Shown: positions 23,441 through 35,843 of the stretch, one piece after another
Layout: each line of letters opens with the position of its first letter
Numbering within the stretch: the stretch's first letter is position 1
NCBI RefSeq assembly: GCF_964204645.1
Contig: NC_134029.1
Span: 15,618,950-15,682,949, forward strand
Source: Tubulanus polymorphus
Taxonomy: Eukaryota; Animalia; Nemertea
Length of the DNA: 64,000 nucleotides
Direction: 5' to 3'
Position numbers and translations under genes: made by a program
Notes under the pieces: generated by a model
Databases searched by the model: none
The model's input: only the letters and a program-made list of their open reading frames with translations
Told to the model about the DNA's origin: nothing

Positions 23441-25434
23441 TTGAGTTACTGCGGAGCACCAGAAATATCTTTTTTCTCGTTCAAAAGACCTTTCGCTTGT
23501 AAATTCTTTCTACGGAATAAAATTTATTTCGTTCGAACCAATAATATTCTTTTCGATTGAACCAATTTGAAAAAATCGTTAGAACCAAGTTGAACAAACT
23601 GTTTTGTTGAAACAAAAGGTTTTTTCGTTCGAACAATCGTTCGATCTAACAGAATCGTTTAAATTTGAACAGAATTTTCTTGTCAGAACATTAAGTTTTT
23701 CGTTCGAACAAGTATATTGCAAAAAGTTTTTTCTCCGAACCAAAAGTATTAAGTATTTTGTTCAATCGAACAGAATTGTTTTCATTCAAACATTCGTTCG
23801 AAAAAATTGTTTTCGCTCAACCAAATTTTTTTGCCGGACAAAGAGTTTTTCATTTCAACAATAACATAGCTTTCAGAATGAAGAAAAGTTTTGGTTCAAA
23901 CAAAAAGCGAACAAGATTTTCTTGTCGGATCATTCAGTTTTTTGATCGAACAGCGTGTCAAGGTCGTTTTGGAAATTTACTCGGTCTGGTATATTTTGTA
24001 TTACTGTTTATGTCATTTGTCAGGACATTAGAAGACGACTTAGATACTACCTTGCGTGACTCCACTAGTTAGACTGACTTATTCAAAGATGAGGCGTTCC
24101 GTTGGTTTCGGCTACATGTTTTCGTTCAGATATAATGCTGAGCCATTTCGGCAACCTATCATTGATACTGTTTCCTAATAGCCTTGTTTAGTAATGGCTG
24201 ATGTTGTACCTTATCAAATGCTTTGTCGACAGTCCATTTTCCAGAGTCAAATAGGACATCAAGTCCAGTTGTCCATGGCTTCAAGAAGGTCTAATTGACT
24301 GTTTGTCGAGCTTCCTCTTATAAAACTGTTTTAACCATTGAACAGGATTCAAAGACTGTGCAGAAAACCCGTTATCGCTGCTTTGCAGCTATATTTATTA
24401 TTATTATTATTTTTTTCCACACATTTTTTGTCAAAAGTACATAGGCTTTTTTACATTACCGCTGTTGCCGATACAATCCGTCTGATATCATTCAGCTCAG
24501 TTCGATCTACAAATACTCCGTGCGAATTTTGAAGAATCAACGTTACAAAAGCACTGTCGGGCCGTAAACATCGAAAATTGAGCCCCATTCAAAGAGCCGA
24601 CATGTTTTTCTAAGTCGTCTTTCCGAAATCTACCGCACGTTTCTTGTCACATCGATTATCAATTCAAGCATAAATTAACAAATTTATTACCCAAAGATTG
24701 CACATTCTGTCGCGGTTTTTAAAAACTAATTTTAACAATAACCCATTTTCCTCATCAAATTATAATACCAATACACAGGAAATTTACTACTTTAGATTTT
24801 AAAAGCACTGTCGAGCCGTAAACATCGACAAATCGACGTGTGTCACTACATCGTCGTTACGGGAATCAGCTGCGAGTTTCTCCTCATTCTGAGAATCAAA
24901 TCGAGTACAAATTAATTTATTACTACCAGTGATTTGGCTGCGGGCGTCAAGCAGTTAATTTAGCAATACCTATTTTTCTTTACCAAATTTACCGTGTTTT
25001 TACTAAGATAAATCATAAGTGTACCGGGGAGTCGTAGGCCTAAACTAAACACGCCGAAGAGATTATAGCAGAGAAAAGCTGTTATGTCGACGAGGTATCA
25101 AAATAAAAGAATATATCACTTTATTCGGCCGCGGGCCTCCATATCAATACCATCAATACTCTATATTTCCTACAGTACATACCGATCATTGTCAAATCCA
25201 CAACGTATTTACTAAATACAAGTATAAAACACTCCTATCCGTATGCTGGACTCACACTTGACATTCGGAGTAAGCGTTCGCTGTGGGGGAAAGGAGATCA
25301 TTCGCTGTGTCGCTTGAAGTGTTTATCGAGTTTAACGCGACCTTAAAGCTTTAGTATGGTGGCTGATAAGATAACAAAACACGAATATGCAAATGAGGGG
25401 GACATTACGACAAAACTAAAATAACGCGAGAAAA

Positions 25435-28400
25435 CAATGATTTTGATTTTGTCGCCCGCGACAATTCATTATTTTGGTTTTATCGCCCACGACAATTCAT
25501 TACTTTGGTTTTATCGCCAGCGACAATGCATTATTTTGGTTTTGTCGCCCGCGACAATTCAATATTTTGGTTTTGTCGCCCGCGACAATTCATTATTTCG
25601 GTTTTATCGCCCGCGACAATTCAATATTTCGGTTTTATCGCCCGCGATAATTCATTATTTTGGTTTTATCGCCCGTGACAATTCATTATTTTGGTTTTGT
25701 CGCCCGAGACAATTCATTATTTTAGTTTTATCGCCCGCGACAATTCATTATTTTGGTTTTATCGCCCGCGACAATTCATTATTTTGATTTTGTCGCCCGC
25801 GACAATTCACCATTTTGGTTTTGTCGCCTGGACAATTCTTTTTTGGTTTTGTCGCCCGCGACAATTCATTAGTTTGGTTTTGTCGCCCGCGACAATTCAA
25901 TATGTTGGTTTTGTCGCCCTCGACGATTCATTAGTTTGGTTTTGTCGCCCGCGACGATTCATTAGTTTGGTTTTGTCGCCCGCGACGATTCATTAGTTTG
26001 GTTTTGTCGCCCGCGACAATTCAATATTTTGGTTTTATCACCCGCGACAATTCATTAGTTTGGTTTTATCGCCCGCGACAATTCATTAGTTTGGTTTTGT
26101 GGCCCGCGACAATTCATTATTTTGGTTTTGTTGCCCGAGACAATTCATTATTTTAGTTTTATCGCCCGCGACAATTCATTATTTTGGTTTTATCGCCCGC
26201 GACAATTCATTATTTTGATTTTGTCGCCCATGACAATTCACCATTTTGGTTTTGTCGCCTGGACAATTCACCATTTTGGTTTTGTCGCCCGCGACAATTC
26301 ATTATTTTGGTTTTGTCGCCCGCGACAATTCAATATATTTGGTTTTGTCGCCCGCGACAGTTCATTAGTTTGGTTTTGTCGCCCGCGACAATTCACCATT
26401 TTGGTTTTGTCGCCTGGACAATTCACCATTTTGGTTTTGTCGCCCGCGACAATTCATTAGTTTGGTTTTGTCACCCGCGAAAATTCAATATATTTGGTTT
26501 TGTCGCCCGCGACAATTCATTAGTTTGGTTTTGTCGCCCGTGACAATTCAATATTTTGGTTTTATCGCCCACGACAAGTCATTACTTTGGTTTTATCTCC
26601 AGCGACAATTCATTATTTTGGTTTTGTCGCCCGCGACAATTCTTGTTTTTGGTTTTGACGCCTGCGACAATTCACTATTTTGGTTTTATACTTTGTTTTT
26701 GTCGCCCGCGACAATTCATTATTTTGGTTTTGTCGCCCGCGACAAGTCATTACTTTGGTTTTATCTCCAGCGACAATTCATTATTTTGGTTTTGTCGCCC
26801 GCGACAATTCTTTTTTTTGGTTTTGACGCCTGCGACAATTCACTATTTTGGTTTTATACTTTGTTTTTATCGCCCGCGACAATTTTTTTTTGGTTTTGTC
26901 GCCCGCGACAATTCAATATTTTGGTTTTGTCGCCCGCGACAATTCATTATTTTGGTTTTATCGCCCGCGACAATTCAATATTTTGGTTTTGTCGCCCCGA
27001 CAATTCTTTTTTGGTTTCGTCGCCCGCGACAATTCATTAGTTTGGTTTTGTCGCCCGCGACAATTCAATATTTTGGTTTTGTCGCCCGCGACAATTCATT
27101 AGTTTGGTTTTGTCGCCCGTGACAATTCAATATTTTGGTTTTATCGCCCGCGACAATTCAATATTTTGGTTTTATCGCCCGAGACAAATCAATATTTTTG
27201 TTTTATCGCCCGCGACAATTCATTAGTTTGGTTTTATCGCCCGCGACAATTCATTAGTTTGGTTTTGTCGCCCGCGACAATTCAATATTTTGGTTTTATC
27301 ACCCGCGACAATTCATTAGTTTGGTTTTATCGCCCTCGACGATTCATTAGTTTGGTTTTGTCGCCCGCGACGATTCAATATTTTGGTTTTATCGCCCGCG
27401 ACAATTCATTATTTTGGTTTTGTCGCCCGAGACAATTCATTATTTTAGTTTTATCGCCCGCGACAATTCATTATTTTGGTTTTATCGCCCCGACAATTCA
27501 CCATTTTGGTTTTGTCGCCTGGACAATTCTTTTTTGGTTTTGTCGCCCGCGACAATTCATTAGTTTGGTTTTGTCGCCCGCGACAATTCATTATTTTGGT
27601 TTTGACGCCTGCGACAATTCACTATTTTGGTTTTATACTTTGTTTTTGTCGCCCGCGACAATTTTTTTTTTGGTTTTGTCGCCCGCGACAATTCAATATT
27701 TTGGTTTTATCGCCCACGACAAGTCATTACTTTGGTTTTATCTCCAGCGACAATTCATTATTTTGGTTTTGACGCCTGCGACAATTCACTATTTTGGTTT
27801 TATACTTTGTTTTTGTCGCCCGCGACAATTTTTTTTTTGGTTTTGTCGCCCGCGACAATTCAATATTTTGGTTTTATCGCCCGAGACAATTCATTATTTT
27901 GGTTTTGTCGCCCGCGACAATTCAATATTTTGGTTTTGTCGCCCGCGACAATTCATTAGTTTGGTTTTGTCGCCCGTGACAATTCAATATTTTGGTTTTA
28001 TCGCCCACGACAAGTCATTACTTTGGTTTTATCTCCAGCGACAATTCATTATTTTGGTTTAGTCGCCCGCGACAATTCTTGTTTTTGGTTTTGACGCCTG
28101 CGACAATTCATTATTTTGGTTTTATACTTTGTTCTTGTCGCCCGCGACAATTCAATATTTTGGTTTTGTTGCCCGCGACAATTCAATATTTTGGTTTTGT
28201 CGCCCGCGACAATTCATTATTTTGGTTTTATCGCCCGCGACAATTCAATATTTTGGTTTTGTCGCCCGCGATGATTCATTAGTTTGGTCTTGTCGCCCGC
28301 GACAATTCATTATTTTGGTTTTATCGCCCCGACAATTCACCATTTTGGTTTTGTCGCCTGGACAATTCGTTTTTGGTTTTGTCGCCCGCGACAATTCATT

Positions 28401-30690
28401 AGTTTGGTTTTGTCGCCCGCGACAATTCAATATTTTGGTTTTGTCGCCCGCGACAATTCATTAGTTTGGTTTTGTCGCCCGTGACAATTCAATATTTTGG
28501 TTTTATCGCCCACGACAAGTCATTACTTTGGTTTTATCTCCAGGGACAATTCATTATTTTGGTTTTGACGCCTGCGACAATTCACTATTTTGGTTTTATA
28601 CTTTGTTTTTGTGGCCCGCGACAATTTTTTTTTGGTTTTGTCGCCCGCGACAATTCAATATTTTGGTTTTATCGCCCGAGACAATTCATTATTTTGGTTT
28701 TGTCGCCCGCGACAATTCAATATTTTGGTTTTGTCGCCCGCGACAATTCATTAGTTTGGTTTTGTCGCCCGTGACAATTCAATATTTTGGTTTTATCGCC
28801 CACGACAAGTCATTACTTTGGTTTTATCTCCAGCGACAATTCATTATTTTGGTTTTGTCGCCCGCGACAATTCTTGTTTTTGGTTTTGACGCCTGCGACA
28901 ATTCATTATTTTGGTTTTATACTTTGTTCTTGTCGCCCGCGACAATTCAATATTTTGGTTTTGTTGCCCGCGACAATTCAATATTTTGGTTTTGTTGCCC
29001 GCGACAATTCATTATTTTGGTTTTATCGCCCGCGACAATTCAATATTTTGGTTTTGTCGCCCGCGATGATTCATTAGTTTGGTCTTGTCGCCCGCGACAA
29101 TTCATTAGTTTGGTTTTGTCGCCCGCGACAATTCAATATTTTGCTTTTATCACCCGCGACAATTCATTAGTTTGGTTTTATCGCCCGTGACGATTCATTA
29201 GTTTGGTTTTATCGCCCGCGACGATTCATTAGTTTGGTTTTGTCGCCCGCGATGATTCATTAGTTTGGTCTTGTCGCCCGCGACAATTCATTAGTTTGGT
29301 TTTGTCGCCCGCGACAATTCAATATTTTGGTTTTATCACCCGCGACAATTCATTAGTTTGGTTTTATCGCCCGCGACGATTCATTAGTTTGGTTTTGTCG
29401 CCCGCGACAATTCAATATTTTTGTTTTATCACCCGCGACAATTCAATAGTTTGGTTTTGTCGCCCGCGACAATTCTTTTTCAGTCCACTTGGGACTTTAG
29501 TCCCCGCGGGCTATTGTGTTCACTTTTCGTCCGTTCGTCCGTCCGTCCATAGACGGAATCCAGTTATTTTTGGAAGTTTTGAAGACGCTTCAAGGTAATG
29601 TCTTGATATTTGGTTTCTACATGTATCTACCCTAGACACATCGTCAGCCCAAAAACTGGCCCTGTCAGATTCAAGATGGCCGACTGGCAGCCATTGTTGT
29701 TTGCCAAAATCAGCACTTTTTAAACATTTTCGAAGTTTTCATGGGGAAATTTTGAAGACGCTTTGATCAATAACCTTTATCTTTCGTTTATATTTGAATC
29801 TACCAAAGGCCCATCAGCATAAGAAAATTGGGTCGATCTGACTCAAGATGGCCGTCCTATGACCTTTTTAGTGCCCAAAAATGTCAATTTTGGCCAGAAT
29901 TCTAGGTCCTGTAGCTTCCTACTGGTTTGCCATTTCTCATTGCAACTGCTGATGGGTATTCTTTAGAGAGGGATTTTTTATACCTGGGACTGGTATTTTT
30001 GATCAGCCAATTATGACGCAATTGGCGGCCATTTTGGTGTCATCAGTACTCATTCGTAGGTGGGAAAAAGTTTTTCCACATTAAATTGATACCTAAGCAT
30101 ATTGTGTTACTACATTCAATTGGAAAGTTGTAGCCCATAACGTGTTCTATGATTTTGGTGAGCTTCAAGGTCATTGGTTTTAGTATGTGGCCATCAGGGG
30201 GCGTTGAATAATACAATAACTTAGTATTGCTATATTATATTTGTACCAAGGCATATTTTGTTACTATGATCAATTGCAAAGTTGTATTTCATGACATGTA
30301 CTACGATTGTAGTGAGTTTTAAGGTCATTGGGTTTTGCATATGGTCACCAGGGGCGTTGAATAGTAGAATAACTTAGTATTTCCATATTAAATTGGTAAC
30401 GAGGCATATTTTGTTATCACAATCAATTACAAAATCATAGCTGCTCACATGTTCTATGTTTGTGGTGGGTTTCAAGGTCATTGGTTTTTGTATATGGTCA
30501 CTAGAGGGCGTTATGTATTGAAATTGTTAGATTGTTGAGCATTTGAAACCACTTCCCAAGTGAGCATGGTGTCCCTGGACCCCTAGTTTGGTTTTTATCG
30601 CCCGCGACAATTCATTATTGTGGTTTTATCGCCCGTGACAATTCAATATTTTGGTTTTGTCACCCGCGACAATTCATAATTTTGGTTTTG
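25435..30690. repeat. 31-bp tandem satellite (roughly 130 units), interrupted at 29480-30587
   Basis: Unit TTTTGGTTTTGTCGCCCGCGACAATTCATTA with internal inverted repeat TTGTCG/CGACAA; units are directly adjacent, with no spacers. Confidence 0.96.
29480..30587 (+). mobile_element. DINE/HINE-like element, family C, inserted in the satellite
   Basis: 5' CCACTTGGGACTTTAGTCCC hairpin, (GTCC)n microsatellite, internal tandem subrepeats, 3' AAGTGAGCATGGTGTCCCTGGACCCCTAGTT; related copy at 60131-61100 and reversed 3' ends at 56725-56755 and 57470-57500. Confidence 0.72.
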
Positions 30691-30742
30691 GTTTTCTAAG
30701 ACTGTGCAGAAAACCCGTTATCGCTGCTTTGCAGCTATATTT

Positions 30743-30937
30743 GGATTATATAATGGTGCCTTACTATCAGTTGGAACTGTTGGTTATTCAATGGTATTAA
30801 AAAAAGTATTTAAAATGGGAAGTGTTAATATTGATAGATTTGATATCAATGATATTTTAAAATTAACATTAGCAGTAACTTTATCTTATTTAACAATTGA
30901 TTATTTAGAAAAACAAAAATATATTCCTCCTATATAA
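30743..30937 (+). pseudogene. Small amphipathic/TM Polinton protein, copy 2, 5'-truncated by a HINE
   Basis: GLYNGALLSVGTVGYSMVLKKVFKMG...YLEKQKYIPPI; the first residues of the tracked ORF 30704..30937 come from the HINE end. Confidence 0.72.
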
Positions 30938-30961
30938 ATGCATAATTTTTTTACTAAATAA

Positions 30962-31380
30962 ATGGCATCTGCAATTATAACCATTATAGGATCGGCAATT
31001 GTTAACGCTTTGGCATTTACAGGTGGTGGTTATTAATTAAAACATATTGATAAAAATAGTTCATTAGGAGAACAAAGAAGACATAACTTAGCATTAGAGA
31101 AATACAATAAAGCTGCAGAAGAATATAGAGAAAAGAGGCAAAACTATACGGATTACATCAATAAAGAATTATAAAATCTGAAAAATTACACATAGAGATT
31201 TTCAATCAGTCGATGAAGCTATGAGTTTATATAACGCAGTAACAAATCGTGAAAAATTACATCTATATAAACCTAAATTATCAGATTATTATACACCAAG
31301 TGGTGAACAGAAGAAATATGAAATAATTTGGATTTTAGGTGGAACAGTTATTGTATTATTTGTTGCTCATAAATTTACTA
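30962..31380 (+). pseudogene. Small Polinton protein, N-terminal hydrophobic helix and C-terminal TM, copy 2
   Basis: MASAIITIIGSAIVNALAFTGGGY*LKHIDKNSSLGEQRRHNLALEKYNKAAEEY...EIIWILGGTVIVLFVAHKFT. Confidence 0.7.
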
Positions 31381-31404
31381 ATTAGTAATTTCTGTTCTAA
31401 ATAA

Positions 31405-31818
31405 ATGGTTGATAAAGTTGATAATATTGATCTTATTCCTCATGATATAAATAAAACTAAATTAAAATTATATTTGGAAAAACAAATATTAGAATTTGAA
31501 AATGACTTAAAGATAAAAAAGAAAAAATATTTAAAATCTAAAATCATATATTATTTTATTATTAGTGGTTCAGTTACAATAAGTTCTGTAATAACATTTC
31601 TAGCATTATTCTCACCATTAACACCTTTAGCTATCTCAATTGGCGCTTTAGGTTTAAGTTCAAGTGTATTAACCAGCATAAGTTCAAAATCAAATATAAA
31701 AAGTTATAAAGAAAAAATAAAGTCTAATATGAAAGAAATTAATAAATTAAAAAATACATTAGATTATATAATCAGTTTAAATGGTAATATAACAGTTGAA
31801 CAACAAGATAAATTATAA
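31405..31818 (+). CDS. Two-TM small membrane protein, copy 2
   Basis: Intact 137-aa ORF, same length as 4150..4563. Confidence 0.75.
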   Translation: MVDKVDNIDLIPHDINKTKLKLYLEKQILEFENDLKIKKKKYLKSKIIYYFIISGSVTISSVITFLALFSPLTPLAISIGALGLSSSVLTSISSKSNIKSYKEKIKSNMKEINKLKNTLDYIISLNGNITVEQQDKL

Positions 31819-31855
31819 AAATAATCTGTAAATTATTAATTTTTTTATTAAGTAA

Positions 31856-32062
31856 ATGGTAGATAGTTTTCCAAAAACTTTCCAATATAATGAATCAATT
31901 AAATATACTATTCCAGCAATAGATTTTAATAAAGATATTTCATATAGAAATGAAGTTTTAAATTCATTAATTTATTTAGATATTTATGTTACTGAAACTA
32001 ATAATTTTAATGCAACGATGGAAAATATATTTCATGTATATTTAATTAATTTAAAAAAATGA
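31856..32062 (+). CDS. Short Polinton ORF, possibly the 5' part of the next ORF
   Basis: 68-aa ORF overlapping the next start (ATGA) after an A-run; more diverged homologue at 3920-4113. Confidence 0.45.
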   Translation: MVDSFPKTFQYNESIKYTIPAIDFNKDISYRNEVLNSLIYLDIYVTETNNFNATMENIFHVYLINLKK

Positions 32063-33112
32063 AAGATGAAAAACAATGTTTATTAATATCTTATATGAAG
32101 TATTGGCAGAACCAATTAAATTTTGCTGTTTATTGTGCTACAACAGGATGTGGGATAAGTTGGAATGATCATTTGAATAATTCTAAATATAAATTAATTC
32201 AAAGTTTATTTACATTCCATACTTATTTTCAAATAAGATTGATATTAAATGAATTAGAGACTCCTTTGCCAGGATCTAGATATTTTAGAGAATTAGATAA
32301 TAATATTAATTTATCAAAGTTTAAGAAAATTTGTAATGAATTTAATATAGATATAAATCATTCTGATTTTAGAACAAAAATTGGAACAATAAGATCACTT
32401 CCTTGCCCTAGGAATGTTGCAGCATATTGTACACTTCCAATACCATCTAATAGTTTTTATAATATCTATAATAATAAATTAGGTTATGGTAAAATAGAAA
32501 CTAAGGATTTAGAAACATTAAATTTCAATCAATTACCGAAATTCTATGATAATTTAAAACAAGAAAACAATAATGGTTGGGTTTATTTTATTTTAGATAA
32601 TAGTGGAGGATTTACTAAAGCTGGTAAAAGAATAAATCAATCAATTAGAACTTATTTGATATGTATTCTAGGTGCTCAAGTTGAAACAAGATCCCAGATA
32701 ATTGGAAATTTAAATACATCATTTGATACACAAAAACAATTTCAAATTTTATTTGAAGATTCCATTCATAATGATAAAAATAGATCGATTCCAGAAAATA
32801 TAGTTAGGTATCAAAATTATCTAGATAAATCTCATGTAAGATTAAATTATTGTATTGGTCCTAATTTATTAATCATTTCTGATGATTTGATATTAAAAAA
32901 TGGGAAATATAATTGGTTATGATAATTTAATTAAAACTGCAACAATAAATAATAAGTTTGGATTAAATGATATAAATAAAAATATTAATACTGCTCCAAA
33001 ACTAATGGAAGGTGAAAAACATATTCAATCAACAGAAACTAAAACTAAGGATATCAAATTGGATAATGATTCTAAAATAAAAGATTACCATTACAGAAAA
33101 TCTAAAAACTGA
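32059..33112 (+). pseudogene. Polinton protein of unknown function (WQNQLNFAVYCATTGCG family), copy 2
   Basis: 287-aa ORF continuing by frameshift into 32900..33112; motifs FHTYFQIRLIL..L..PLPG, GFTKAG.RINQSIRTYLICILGAQVETRS. Confidence 0.75.
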
Positions 33113-33173
33113 TATTATTCAACATGATATAATTAAGAGGAATAATGATAATAAAGGTGGAGAAGATAATGAA

Positions 33174-34579
33174 ATGGGTACTTACGACGAACCCGGCATA
33201 ACCGAAGAACAACAGCCTGTTTTCGATGAAACAAGTTTTAATGACGATAATGAAACAGCATATAATTCTAATTTAGCAAGACCTGATACTAATGAATATT
33301 TTAATAAAGCACGTTCCAGATTGGGCATTGAAAATGAAAATCCAGATTTAATAAAAAAAGAATTAGAATATAAAGAATTAACTGATAGATTTAAACCAAT
33401 ATCAAAAAAAATCTGGATTCAATATAACTAATAAAGGTGTGAATTATTTTGTAAAAGGTTTGAAATATTTAAATGGTAATTATTATTGGCATTTGAAAGA
33501 TGACTATTATTTTAAGATATCTTCTAATAAAAGTCTCGATAAAATAATAACAAAACCAACTTGAATTAAATTAGAACAACCTAGAATTAAGAAAATCAAT
33601 AATGATGTTATAACTGATGTTACAGAACAAGAGATAAATCAAAATAGAAGAGAATTTAATCGAAGAAATGATAATTTTTTGAAGATAATTTATGAAAATC
33701 TAGAACCAGAAACAATTCCTAAAGAAGTTATTAATTCCAAAACTAGTAAACTTAAATCAACCGAAGTTCAAACTGAAAAACTTTTACCAAATGGATGACT
33801 AGATGCAACAGATCAAAAATTGGAAGATTTAAATGTATTTTCTGATAAAGCAATTAGAGGAATTATTAGTATAAGAAATGAAGCTGATAAATTTGCCCAC
33901 AAAAAAAATATAAGAGATTTTAAAATTAGAACTTTAGAAAAAGATAGAACTGAAAAAATTTAAGAAATAAAACAATTAAAATTAGATAGAGATAATAAAG
34001 TTATTGAAGAAATTGAATTTAAAAAAAGAAATGCATATTTAGAAAAAGAAAAGAGGTGATTTAGAATATAACATAGAATTTCAGAAAGAAGAAATTAAAT
34101 TATTAAAAAAATCGTATTATTATAATATTAATAGATTAAAAGTTATTTTTAAAGATTTGTTGATTAAACCAAATTCTGAAATATCATTGAAACATAGAAT
34201 AAAATTATTATTTAAGTTACAAGGTATGACAATTCTTTCAATTCTAACAGATGTAACTATGTTATTTACAACAATTCGTTTAGCTATTTCAAATTCATTA
34301 AAATCTACACCTACACCCAATATATCGGATAAACCACCAAATAATCATTCTATACAAGATAAAGTGAAAGATGGTTTAAAAAAATTAGCAAAATATTTAT
34401 GGGAACTATCTAAAAAATTTGCTGCAGCATTGCCAGGAGTTATTGCATCCATTGTTGGTTTTATATTGAAATCTGCAGGAAACATTATTAACTTTGCTGC
34501 TGAACATATTATTTTATTTTTAATTACAGTTGTAAGTGCTATTATTTTTGGGTTATTGAATATGAGAAAAAATGAATAA
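33174..34579 (+). pseudogene. Polinton accessory protein, coiled coil with hydrophobic C-terminus, copy 2
   Basis: Broken frames 33174..33431 through 34157..34579 with GMTILSILT..MLFTTI and ALPGVIASIVGFIL..IILFLITVVSAIIFGL. Confidence 0.7.
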
Positions 34580-34599
34580 TTAATCTTTTTGTTAAATAA

Positions 34600-35843
34600 A
34601 TGAGTGGGAGTTATATAAATCCTTCTAAGAATTCAAGAATATCTAATTCTATCAAAGCAGAGAGATCTCATCATATAATTACTCATAACCCTTCTAATAT
34701 TAATCCTGATGAAAATTTATATGTTAGAATCCCGAGATTAAATCAAAATACTTTTTATGTTCCAAATAGTATTTATTTATCAGCTGATATAAAAGTAACT
34801 GGTCATGATAACAATTATGTTGTTGATAATGTTGGAAGATATTTGATTAAAAAATTAACTATAAAGATTGGACCAGAAACAGTTTTCTCATTAGATGGTT
34901 ATAATTTATTTATGCATTATAAAGATTTATGGTTAACAAAAGAAAATAGAAATAATATGATATTTCAAGGCATCCAATCAGAAAACCAAAATAAATTAAG
35001 ATCAGAAGCTAATAATGCAGTAGTAACTAATGCTACAGGTAATTTGATAAAAAAGATTTATGAAAGCAAATATCAAATTCCATTAGAGTTTGAATTGATA
35101 AATAATAATGCACCTTTGTATAAATACGCAATTCAAGAAGATGTTATATTGGAAATAACATTTGCTCCTGTTAATGAAATTGTGCTATTGAGCGTTGTTA
35201 AAGATATGGGATATAAATTATCGAATATATGTTTAGAATATGATACAGTAACTGATGAAAATATTTCAAGCATAATTCAAACTCAATAAAATCAAGGATA
35301 TTCATTATTATATGATTATATTGATAATTTTAAAACTGTAACTATTAATGCAAATGATGAAATAATTAATGAGAATATTAACTTCCCAAGAAGATCTATT
35401 AAAGGTATATTAATATTTTTTTACCATTGGATCATATTCTAGTGGTGCAATAAATGTTGATAATTATTATAATCCTGAAATATCAAAGGTAGAAATAATT
35501 ATTGAAGGTATAGCAAATAAAATAGTTTGTCAAGGAATGAGAATGATAGATCAGTGGCCAGAAATTAGAAAACATTTTATGAATGAAAAAGTAAAATCAT
35601 CTGAAAATTGTAATATTAATCAAATTGATTATTATACCGCAATATGCACTATGGTTAGATTTTAGAACAACAGAGGATAATTCATTACATGGTTCTGGGA
35701 AAAAATTACAAAATACAAAAGATGGAATACAATTATTCATGAAAAAGAAAAAAGGAATAAAAAATTTCAAAATGCACATTTATATCATATCTGACGCGCA
35801 ATTAAATATTGTAAATTCTCAATTAGATAGTATTCAATATTAA
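34600..35843 (+). pseudogene. Probable major capsid protein, copy 2
   Basis: ORFs 34600..35289 and 35625..35843 plus intervening broken frames; near-identical to 580-1858. Confidence 0.72.

Larger units (their letters stand above)
15217..30742 (+). mobile_element. Nested stack of Helentron-type (HINE) elements inserted in Polinton copy 2
   Basis: 5' ends at 15217 and 15271 (TAGGGTTTTCTG...GAAAACCCT); 3' ends at ~20150-20165, 24358-24396 and 30703-30742 (CAGAAAACCCGTTATC, the last two continuing GCTGCTTTGCAGCTATATTT); Polinton sequence on both outer sides. Confidence 0.7.

Noticed and set aside
25437-29598. Many long ORFs (LVLSPATIHYFGF...)
   Set aside because: Translations of a stop-poor tandem repeat in all three frames.
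25435-30690. CRISPR-like array (31-bp palindromic repeat)
   Set aside because: Units are contiguous with no unique spacers, there are no cas genes, and the context is eukaryotic.
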